Origin: Planctomycetota bacterium
Lineage (GTDB): Bacteria; Planctomycetota; UBA8108; SXIK01
Direction: 5' to 3'
Assembly: GCA_965223845.1 (NCBI GenBank)
Contig: CBDCXR010000004.1
Location: forward strand, 1,984,001-2,048,000
Length of the DNA stretch: 64,000 nucleotides
The notes beneath the pieces were generated by a model. It was not told the origin of the DNA and made no database searches. It saw only the letters and a list, made by a program, of their open reading frames with translations. Below, in pieces: positions 50,933 to 58,940 of the stretch. The first letter of the stretch is position 1, and every line of letters starts with the position of its first letter. Both the position numbers and the translations under genes were made by a program.

Positions 50933-53193
50933 GCTTCTCGTTCCGCGTGCAGCTCCGTTTCCTCGACCGCCGCCGACGGTTCCAAGCCTCGAAAGAAGCG
51001 CCACGTCGAGAATGCCGTGACGAGAAAGACGAGTCCCGCTACCGCGAAAAAATGCCGGAATCCGAACGCGATCGGAAGAAAAAACGAGCAGGTTGAACCG
51101 AGTCCAGCCCCGATCGCATCGAAAGCGAACACCGCGAGCGGATTCCGCGCCGATCGCTCGAACAGCGCCGGAAAGAAACTACCGGTGACGAAAGCGACCG
51201 GCGAGACCAAGACGATCATCGCGGTGGGGGACAGCGACTCTTGCGCGAAGTGAATCCCTACGACGAGCGCGCAGGCGAGAAGCTGAAGCGGAACGCGGAG
51301 GCGAGGCGCGATGACGACGCTGCCGAGACCCGACACGACGAGGAAGCTGATCGCGCCGAGGACGAGCGCGTCGTGGAACACGTAGAGCTTCTTGAAGAGC
51401 GCGAGAATGAGGTAGTGCTCGAAGAGGACGAAGTTCGCCCCGATCAAGAAGCTCAGCACGGCGACTTGCGCGTAGCTGCGCCCCGCAATGCGCGGATCTC
51501 CACTGCGCCGGAGTCCCCACGCGAGCAGCGCCCCGATCACGAGCAGCGTCCCGCACGCGATGGCGAACAGCGAGTAAAGCTGCTCCATGCTGAAGATGTG
51601 GCGAACGTTTCCGGCGAGAAAGGGCTGCTCGTCGGTGATCGGCCGGAACTCCGGATCCGCGACGACGACGAGCTCTTGCACCCGCGTGTTTCGATCGGGT
51701 GGAAGGACGCCCGACTCCGCCCGGAGGTAGGATTCGAGATCTTCGGCGGTGGGGAGCGGGGTCGAATCACTCTTTGCCGCGAGGATGAGATACTCTCCGG
51801 GAGGGGAACCGAACGCGCGGTACGCTCTCGCCCGCAGCCCGAGACCTTGATCGCCGAGCGAACGCACGTACTGGCGCGTCAGGATCTCCTTCGGGTCGAG
51901 TCCACTCGGATACCAGATCGCGAGGATCCCCTGGTCCGTCAGACGATCTCGCAGTGTGCGGTAGGCGTCGATCGTCCGAATCATGTTTCCGGGCTCGAGC
52001 ATCATCTGCGGATACCCGCCGACGCTGGGGAGGAAGATGAGATCGAACTGCTCTTCGGTCGACTCCATGAAGCCCCGCGCCTCACCGCGATGGAGCTCCA
52101 CGTTCTCTCCCCCGCCGTAGACGTCGTCGAACGCGGACGCCAGCCCGCCTTCGGTCACCCCCTCGATCACCGCCGGCTCGAGCTCGATCGCACGAATCTT
52201 CCGATAGCGCCGACCGGATCGCTTCGCCCACTGAACTTGCCGTCCGCCACCCGAGCCGATGATCGCAATCGCGCCATCGTCCGGCACGAGCTCGAGGGGA
52301 ACGGCGCCGATCATCCGCGCGTTGAACCCGGTTCCCTGCGAGTACTCCCACTGGAAGAGGTCGTTATAGAATCCGGCCTGCTCGCGGGAGGCGTCGCGTC
52401 GGAGGATTTCCGTGAGGCTGTAGCGCCCCCAACGCTGGAACTTGATCTCGTAGCCACGATCGACGAACTCCTTCGTCGATTGCATGCCGGCGCCCTTGTA
52501 CCAGTCGAGAAACCGCTCCTCGAATCCGAAGGCGGGGATCGTACCGAGAAGGACGAGTAACACGGCTTCGAGGGAGAAGATCCGCCGCGCACGAACCGTC
52601 GGTGCGACGAGCGCCGAGGCCCCGCAGACGAGCGCCACGCTCACGACGAGGATTTGACTGACGCCCACCGCGTGAAAGCGATGTAGCGCCAGCTCCACGC
52701 TCACGTAGGCGGACGCGGCGCCGAAGAGATAGAGCGCGTAGACCGTGCGCATCCGGTGCCGCATCGCTCTCAAGCCGAGCTGGTAGCCCAGGTACTCGCT
52801 CAGGCCGTACATGCAGAAGAAGGGAACAAAGAGCGCGGTGAACGTGCCCATCTGCAGGATCAGCCGGCCGAGCTCGACCTCGAAGAGGTGGGCTCGCAAG
52901 TAATCGAAGTGCTTGCACGAAAGGCTCGCGAAGACGGTGACGATCATCACCGCCTGGAGAAGAACGAGCGACTTTTGAAACGACGCCAAGTCTAGTCGGA
53001 AGTAGCGCGCTCCGAGAAACGCACCCACCGGGAAGCCGACGAAGAGCAAGTCGAAGAAGAGCGACGGCATGATGAAGAACGCGAGCAGCTTCCAGGCAGC
53101 AAGCGTGAAGAGAACCGTCGCGAACGACAGCGAGAAGAGAGCGAGCGTGAGCCGCTTCGGGCTTGGCCCACCAGTCGGGTCGAGAGAGGTCAT
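50929..53193 (-). CDS. Polytopic membrane protein with central spermidine-synthase-like SAM-binding domain
   Basis: About 7 N-terminal TMs; IIGSGGG, AIELEP, GEARGFM, FDLIFL, RPITDEQPF; about 6 C-terminal TMs. Confidence 0.82.
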   Translation of the reverse strand: MTSLDPTGGPSPKRLTLALFSLSFATVLFTLAAWKLLAFFIMPSLFFDLLFVGFPVGAFLGARYFRLDLASFQKSLVLLQAVMIVTVFASLSCKHFDYLRAHLFEVELGRLILQMGTFTALFVPFFCMYGLSEYLGYQLGLRAMRHRMRTVYALYLFGAASAYVSVELALHRFHAVGVSQILVVSVALVCGASALVAPTVRARRIFSLEAVLLVLLGTIPAFGFEERFLDWYKGAGMQSTKEFVDRGYEIKFQRWGRYSLTEILRRDASREQAGFYNDLFQWEYSQGTGFNARMIGAVPLELVPDDGAIAIIGSGGGRQVQWAKRSGRRYRKIRAIELEPAVIEGVTEGGLASAFDDVYGGGENVELHRGEARGFMESTEEQFDLIFLPSVGGYPQMMLEPGNMIRTIDAYRTLRDRLTDQGILAIWYPSGLDPKEILTRQYVRSLGDQGLGLRARAYRAFGSPPGEYLILAAKSDSTPLPTAEDLESYLRAESGVLPPDRNTRVQELVVVADPEFRPITDEQPFLAGNVRHIFSMEQLYSLFAIACGTLLVIGALLAWGLRRSGDPRIAGRSYAQVAVLSFLIGANFVLFEHYLILALFKKLYVFHDALVLGAISFLVVSGLGSVVIAPRLRVPLQLLACALVVGIHFAQESLSPTAMIVLVSPVAFVTGSFFPALFERSARNPLAVFAFDAIGAGLGSTCSFFLPIAFGFRHFFAVAGLVFLVTAFSTWRFFRGLEPSAAVEETELHAEREA

Positions 53194-53628
53194 GGCTCCG
53201 TCGGTCCATCCGTTCGCGCCCTAGCGCCGCTTGAACGGATCCTTGGCTTCAGTCTTCGAGTCGAGGGTTGGGTCGTCCACCGGCGGCGGTTGCGCGCCGC
53301 ACTGGCGCGACGAGGAACGCCGCGCCGCGCGCTCTCCCGGCGAGAACCGACCGTGCGGCCTCGTGGGGGTGTTCGCGGTTCCGCCGAGTCGACGTACGAG
53401 AGACCGAACTCGTCGCGGCTCGGTCCCGTCTCTGTATGGGCGACCAGTGGAGCTCGGCGGCGCTTCTCGGCGCTCGCAAGCGCGAGTTGCGGAATCGGTC
53501 GATGGCCACCGGAGCCACGACGGCGGCGGGGGAGAGCGCGGTCACCCGAGCGATTGTACCTCGCGCGCGAGTCGTCTCGAGAGCGCAAAGGACGTGCCAC
53601 CGTTCACTCGCGCGCTCGTGATCTAGAC

Positions 53629-53673
53629 AAAAAAAGAAGCCGGCAGCCCTCAACGGGATACCGGCTTCTTTTT
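53629..53673 (-). terminator. Intrinsic terminator (potentially bidirectional) ending the histone-like gene transcript
   Basis: A7-GAAGCCGG...CCGGCTTC-T5; on the minus strand a hairpin followed by U7, about 185 nt after the stop at 53858. Confidence 0.88.
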
Positions 53674-53857
53674 GCGACCTCAAGGCCGTCTCGCTCAGCA
53701 AGCCATCCGGAGAGTCAGACCGATGGGCTCCGACTTGCGTCCGCTCAACTCGAGACCGACCGTCTTTCGCGACCCTCGCGGATCGCCTTCGACCGCCGGC
53801 GCTGACCGGTCCGAACGCGACTGGAGCTCAACCACCGAGCGCTCTCTCGGAGAGCTG

Positions 53858-54226
53858 TTAGCGCCGACGCGCCTTCTTGCGAGTGGCCTTCTTCTTGGCC
53901 TTCTTGCGAGTCGCCTTCTTCTTGGCTTTCTTGCGAGTGGCCTTCTTCTTGGCCTTCTTGCGAGTCGCCTTCTTCTTGGCTTTCTTCTTGGTCGCTTTCT
54001 TGCGAGTGGCCTTCTTCTTAGCCTTCTTCTTGGCCTTCTTGCGAGTCGCCTTCTTCTTTGCGACTTTCTTCTTCGCTTTGCGCTTGGTCTTCTTCTTCGC
54101 GACCTTCTTCTTCGCGGCCTTCTTCTTGGTGGCCTTCTTCTTAACCTTGCGCTTGGCCTTCTTCTTCGCGACCTTCTTCTTCTTGGCAGCCTTCTTCTTG
54201 GCTACTCTCTTTTTCTTCTTCGCCAT
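53858..54226 (-). CDS. Histone H1/Hc2-like highly basic protein
   Basis: AAAGGAG RBS; 122 aa using only M/A/K/R/V/T (counted 69 K, 12 R, no acidic residue); KKATRKKAK repeats. Confidence 0.9.
   Translation of the reverse strand: MAKKKKRVAKKKAAKKKKVAKKKAKRKVKKKATKKKAAKKKVAKKKTKRKAKKKVAKKKATRKKAKKKAKKKATRKKATKKKAKKKATRKKAKKKATRKKAKKKATRKKAKKKATRKKARRR
53870..54060 (-). repeat. 27-bp coding tandem repeat (KKKATRKKA)
   Basis: Repeated (C/T)TTCTTGCGAGT(G/C)GCCTTCTTCTTGGC units on the plus strand, with synonymous variation. Confidence 0.8.
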
Positions 54227-55925
54227 ATCCGTTCTCCTTTGAAAGGCGTAAGAGAAACCCTAACAGTCCGCTGAAGGAGCGCTCCACGACAAACGCCGAG
54301 CGACGCTTCGATCAGGTCAGCACCGAGGTACGCAGGAGGTTGCCCTTCCGCGAGGCTCGAGTCGAAATGGGCGAACCGCATTCGACGCTGGTGGGTCTGA
54401 CTCTCTCAACGAGCTGTGAAGACACCGACAACACTCGAGTTCGTCCGGCGAAGCCCAACACAGTGCTTCGTTACCAAACGATCTCCTTAGCTCCCTGCGA
54501 GGAACCACGGCCAGGCGTCTTCCATGCCTGACGCCGGATCGACCGTGTCGATCCCGCCGTGGGCCGATTCGCGAGCACTGACTCCGAGTCTGACGCGTCG
54601 AAGACCTCGGGGCTGGCTCGAGTGACGGACCGCGCGAGATCGTGGTCCGCTCACAGGTCACTCACCGGTTCTACCTTCTCCTCTCGCGTCGTCGCCGTTC
54701 ACTTCGGCTCCCCGACTCGCGCTCGGCGCCGTTCACTAAGCTTGGCGGCCGAATTCTTCCGGCCGCCGAACCGAACGACTCTCCGGCGATGGTCAGGGTG
54801 CCGCGCGCGCAAGGCTTCGGAGTCGAGAGCATGCCTCTCTCTCCTCCCGTCATGCCGAGCTGCCCGATGGAGCCCGAACAGCAGACGCGACTGTAACCTG
54901 TTCCGTGAACCTCTTCCTTCAACACCTCCGCCCGCGCGCGCCGTCGCGATCGTTTGATCCGCAACTCCCGCGATCTCGGTCACCCGAAAGAGCGGGCTCA
55001 GCTTCATTCGCATCGCGATCTGCGTGGCTTCGTTGCTCACGCTGTGAACGCTACGCAAGGCTCGATTGCTTTTTGTACAAGGTCGTCAAAAAAGTAAAGA
55101 ACATTTTGCTAAAATTGCCAGAAAAAAGTTGACGCGCACTCTGCTATCGCAACAGACATCGCAAGTGCGATTCGCGCAGCGGACGCGCGTTCTTACATGC
55201 GAGTCCGTCGTCGACGCGCAGACGTGAACGAGTCTCCCTCACACCCGTCGAGACTCGCCTCCGCGCCTCGTTCGCAGCGTGTCGGCGATCTCGGTTACGC
55301 TGAGCCATCGTCCGCGATGTTCACGCCGGCAGCACTCGCACCGACACGTCTCCGAGAGAGTCGAAGGAGAACGCGAAAAGCCCCAAGCCGCGCGAATTCA
55401 TCGAAGATTTCGCACATTCTCGCGAAATCGACGCTCCGCTCGTCGGCTCGTACACGACGGCGTAGAGGACGTGAACGCGCGTCCGGAGCGGCGTGGGAAC
55501 GCGCTCGCGTCGACGCTCGGCTCGACTCGAGCCCAGCGCGAGCGCGCGAGCGCCGCGGCGGATGGCACCTCGTCTTCCGAGGGACGCGAACAGCGCGTTC
55601 GGCAACGCGGGAATCGTCGACGAGGAACGCGGTGCGATCGCACCTAGCGACTCCTTCGTCGCTAGTTCAAAGCGACAAAAAAAACTTCGCTAGTGCGTTC
55701 CGAGAAGTCGCGCGCACAGATGCCCTCGTCGCGTCGCAAACCGGTTCCACGAGGAAGGTCGACCGCGCTCCCGCGCTCGCGAACGCTCGTCTACGATGCA
55801 CGCTCGAACTCTCCGATCGCGGCGCTCGCGTGCGCTGAGGCACACTCCTCCCACGCTCGGCGCACTGAGGTTTTTCGTCCTTGTTCGGGTCGCTTCGGGT
55901 CGCGTTCCCGCAGGGGGTTTCGGGA

Positions 55926-55954
55926 TTGCATCGCTATTTGGCGAGGCCTACAAT
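55926..55954 (+). promoter_or_regulatory. Sigma70-type promoter upstream of the cohesin/dockerin gene
   Basis: TTGCAT-N17-TACAAT. Confidence 0.7.
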
Positions 55955-56451
55955 AGGCTCCAATCTCTCGTTTCGCGCGCTGAGTACGGCGCTTCGGAGG
56001 GACCCTTCAGAGGTCTCAATCTCGTCGCGAGTCGCGGCGAAGGGCTCCCTTTGCCCTCTCTCCGAACGCACCGAGTTCTCGGCGGAAGGCGGCGCTTCAG
56101 GGTCACGCGCGGATCGCTTCGATCGGCCGGATGACGGGCGCCCGAGCGGTCAACGAGACGACTTAGCAGAACGTGGCCGACTCCCTCCCGGACGAAGTCC
56201 TTCTGCGGCCAAACGAGGAATTTCCCATCAATTCACAATGGACGGGGTCGCGGTCGTAAGAGAGGGCCGCGATGGCCGTCGCTTCGCGGTCTCGATTCCG
56301 GGTCTCTTTACGTTCCTAGTTTCGACCATCGGCAGCCCTCGAGGCATTCGCGGCTCGAGCGCGAGTGGCGGGGCGCGGAACGGCAACCGAATCGGACGTC
56401 TAAATCTGTGCAAATAGGTTGTTTCGGCAGGAATACATCTGAGTGATCGAC

Positions 56452-57867
56452 ATGATTCGACGTGCTTTGCTCTCCACCTTCGTCGCTCTCGTTGCCGCCG
56501 GTTTCGGCGGTGAGCTGAGAGCCGAGAACGCAGTGGGACTCGGAGATGGCCAAGCCGATCCCGGCCAGGTCGCCGACGTTCCCGTGACCGTCAGCGGCGA
56601 CGCAGACATTCAAGGCGCCGTAGTGGTCTTCGAGTGGGCCGCCGACCGCGGGACCGGTGAAAGTCTCGAGGCGGGCGCTCCCGTCGCGAACGCAGACCTC
56701 GTCGTGACTCGCGTCGAGAGCTCGTTCATGGTGTTTTCGGTCGTCATGGACACGGACGGCCAAGACGCGGCGGTGATTCCGGCCGGCAACGGCACGGTCG
56801 TCGCGACGGCCAAGATTCGCTGCGCCGCCGACAACGACGGGACGCGCACGACGATCCGTCTCGTCGACAACAAGTACGCCACGATCGACGGCGGCCCCAC
56901 GCTCACCAACCTGATTGTGAGCGGCGGTCAGTCGATCTCGGCGAACGAAGGTCTCGTGCACCAGGCCGGTTCGTTCACGTGCGGCGAAGTCGGTGGTGGC
57001 GACGGTCCGCCAATGTTCGCCTGCGGCGGTGAGCTCGACGACAACGGCATGCCGACGGACGTCGTCGGTCGCCACGAGACCGCCCCCACGGTGTGCTTCT
57101 ACTACAAGTCGCCCGGCCGCGGGATCGGCGATCACGAAGACGAGATCCAGGGCCTCTCGATGGCCGTCACGTACGACTGCGCCCTCACCGCGCAGGAAGA
57201 CACGTTCTCCCTCGAGGGCGGTGTCCTCGCGGCGGACGGCGTCAACGCCGAGTTCGTCCACATCGACGTCGATAACAACAGCCGCGGCACCGACGGCGAC
57301 GGCTGCGAGTTTATCCTCGGCGTCCTCGTGGATGCCGTCGCGCCCTTCGACGGGCGTACGCTTCCGTCGACCTCGACGTTCAGCCGCCTCTTCTGCATGG
57401 ACTTCTTCATCGAGGATGACGCCATGTGCGATCACTGCCTCTGGATCAAGTTCATGGACGGGCTGAACGGGAACGGCACCCCGCCGGTCAAGAACCTCGT
57501 CGCCATCGACTTCTTCTCGCAGCGTCCGCAGACGATGGACTGCCGCGTGTGCGTCGAGGGCGAGGCGGAGTTCATTCGCGGCGACTGCAACTTCTCCGGC
57601 GAGATCATGATGGGCGTCGATATTGCCGACGCCGCGGCGATGGTCGGCCACTTCTTCCTCGATCCGCCCTGGAAGTTCGACGCGCCCTGTCAGGATGCCT
57701 GCGACGCGAACGACGATGGCCGTCTCGACGCGGCAGACGTCGTGTTCATTCTCGAATACCTCTTCGTTCCGGAGAAGCCGCAGCCGCCGGCCCCGGGCCC
57801 GATCTTCCCCGGCTTCGACGAGACGCCGGACGAGCTCGGCTGTGAGGGTGGACCGAAGAAGTGCTGA
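56452..57867 (+). CDS. Secreted protein with two cohesin-like domains and C-terminal dockerin-like domain
   Basis: Signal peptide; PGQVADVPVTV...IQGAVVVFEW and IQGLSMAVTYD...AEFV...FILGVLVD cohesin-like beta patterns; FIRGDCN...DIADA...CQDACDANDDGRLDAAD; strongly C/G-ending codons. Alternative start GTG 56443. Confidence 0.78.
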   Translation: MIRRALLSTFVALVAAGFGGELRAENAVGLGDGQADPGQVADVPVTVSGDADIQGAVVVFEWAADRGTGESLEAGAPVANADLVVTRVESSFMVFSVVMDTDGQDAAVIPAGNGTVVATAKIRCAADNDGTRTTIRLVDNKYATIDGGPTLTNLIVSGGQSISANEGLVHQAGSFTCGEVGGGDGPPMFACGGELDDNGMPTDVVGRHETAPTVCFYYKSPGRGIGDHEDEIQGLSMAVTYDCALTAQEDTFSLEGGVLAADGVNAEFVHIDVDNNSRGTDGDGCEFILGVLVDAVAPFDGRTLPSTSTFSRLFCMDFFIEDDAMCDHCLWIKFMDGLNGNGTPPVKNLVAIDFFSQRPQTMDCRVCVEGEAEFIRGDCNFSGEIMMGVDIADAAAMVGHFFLDPPWKFDAPCQDACDANDDGRLDAADVVFILEYLFVPEKPQPPAPGPIFPGFDETPDELGCEGGPKKC

Positions 57868-57897
57868 TCGCGGTTCCCGCGTAATCAGCGACGACCC

Positions 57898-57947
57898 GAA
57901 GCCGGGCGGTGACTCACGCGAGTCGCCGCCCGGCTTCTTTTTTTTTT
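57898..57947 (+). terminator. Intrinsic terminator
   Basis: GAAGCCGGGCGGTGACTC...GAGTCGCCGCCCGGCTTC stem followed by T10. Confidence 0.92.
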
Positions 57948-58035
57948 GCGCGGGCCGCGGTCGGATTCCGCGAACCGAAGTCTTCCGGCACCATCCACGG
58001 GGCGCCCGCGCGGCTCCATGACGCGCCGTGTAATC

Positions 58036-58818
58036 TCAGGCGCAGGTGTGAACGAGTCCCGCGAGCTCCGCCGCGAGCACGTCTCCCGACGGATAAGCGT
58101 GACCGCGGTGCTGACGAAATCCTTCGCCGTACGCCACCCCCGCCGCCTTTCCGCGCTCAGCGGCCCAGCGGCGCGCGCTGTCGAGGTACTCGTCCACTCC
58201 GTGATGCGCGCGGAGCCATTCCCGCTGCGTTGCGTGCTCCGCGAGGGCCGATAGCTTCCGCTCGAGGGAAGTCTCGACGTCGACGACGATCGCGGGCGAC
58301 ACCGGTCGCCCGAAGGAATCGACGCCGGCGATCGGATCGGCGTAGTAGAGCGCCGGAATCGCGTCGAGCGGAGCCGAGGTGCGCCGCGGCGCCGGCGCGT
58401 TCGGAATCGGCGCGCCGAACGTCGCCGCGCGCGCGACGAGCGAGATCTGCTCGTGGTCGAGCATGTAGTCGGACGGGCTGTGAGTGAGAACGACACGCGG
58501 CCGCACCACGCGGAGAAGCCCGATCGCATCGCAGAGCATCGCGTCGTCGTACCTGACACAGAGATCGCGTCGCTCGAGACAGTGGTAGACACCTCCGAGC
58601 CGGCGCGCCCCGCGGACCGCTTCAGCCCGGCGGAGGGACGCGATGTCCTGCGGTTCTTTTTCGGACGATCCGCAGTCGCCGGGCGTCGCGGTCGCGATGT
58701 GGACCGTCCAACCCGCGTCGGAGAGCAGGGCGAGCGTGCCGCCGCAGAGGATTTCCGCGTCGTCCGGATGCGCCATCAACGCGAGCACCGACGGCGCGTC
58801 GGCCCTCCCATCGTTCAC
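58036..58818 (-). CDS. PIG-L family deacetylase
   Basis: AHPDDAEILCGGT, TPGDCGS, RRAEA, THSPSDYMLDH, ALAEHATQ, EGF; GAGGTG RBS. Confidence 0.92.
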   Translation of the reverse strand: MNDGRADAPSVLALMAHPDDAEILCGGTLALLSDAGWTVHIATATPGDCGSSEKEPQDIASLRRAEAVRGARRLGGVYHCLERRDLCVRYDDAMLCDAIGLLRVVRPRVVLTHSPSDYMLDHEQISLVARAATFGAPIPNAPAPRRTSAPLDAIPALYYADPIAGVDSFGRPVSPAIVVDVETSLERKLSALAEHATQREWLRAHHGVDEYLDSARRWAAERGKAAGVAYGEGFRQHRGHAYPSGDVLAAELAGLVHTCA

Positions 58819-58940
58819 GAATCACCTCGTTCTCGCACTTCGTTCACCTCGCCCTCCGCCGTCGCGACGGGAAGCTAGCGACTGGCGCTCTGCCGAGGCG
58901 CGTGGTTCCATGAGCGCGTCGCAGCCGCCGCCGGAGCATC

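Larger units (their letters stand above)
53629..55050 (-). ncRNA. Candidate large structured RNA enclosing the histone-like ORF (5' end uncertain)
   Basis: Eight nested complementary segment pairs between 54242-54426 and 53684-53876, including the perfect 12-mer GAGAGTCAGACC (53710-53721) / GGTCTGACTCTC (54394-54405). Minus-strand GCAA/GCGA/UUCG-capped hairpins; further hairpins up to ~55000; no credible CDS in 54230-55050. Confidence 0.6.

Noticed and set aside
53870-54200. CRISPR-like periodic repeats
   Set aside because: Contiguous in-frame coding repeats without unique spacers; no cas genes.
53710-54405. 12-bp inverted repeat as terminal repeats of a MITE/IS
   Set aside because: No target-site duplication or transposase, and complementarity continues inside and outside with G-U pairs and bulges, as expected for RNA structure.
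53629-55050. tmRNA, RNase P RNA or group I/II intron as the identity of the structured region
   Set aside because: No tRNA-like acceptor/T-arm ends, no GAGGAAAGUCC RNase P motif, no recognisable domain V or interrupted host gene by eye. An Infernal search is still needed to exclude divergent members.
55197-55838. 213-aa plus-strand ORF in the large intergenic region
   Set aside because: Arg/Ser/Ala-rich, no RBS, no motif and atypical codon usage.
55993-56066. Cloverleaf as a tRNA
   Set aside because: Lacks the TTC T-loop, D-loop GG and 7-nt anticodon loop geometry; retained only as leader structure.
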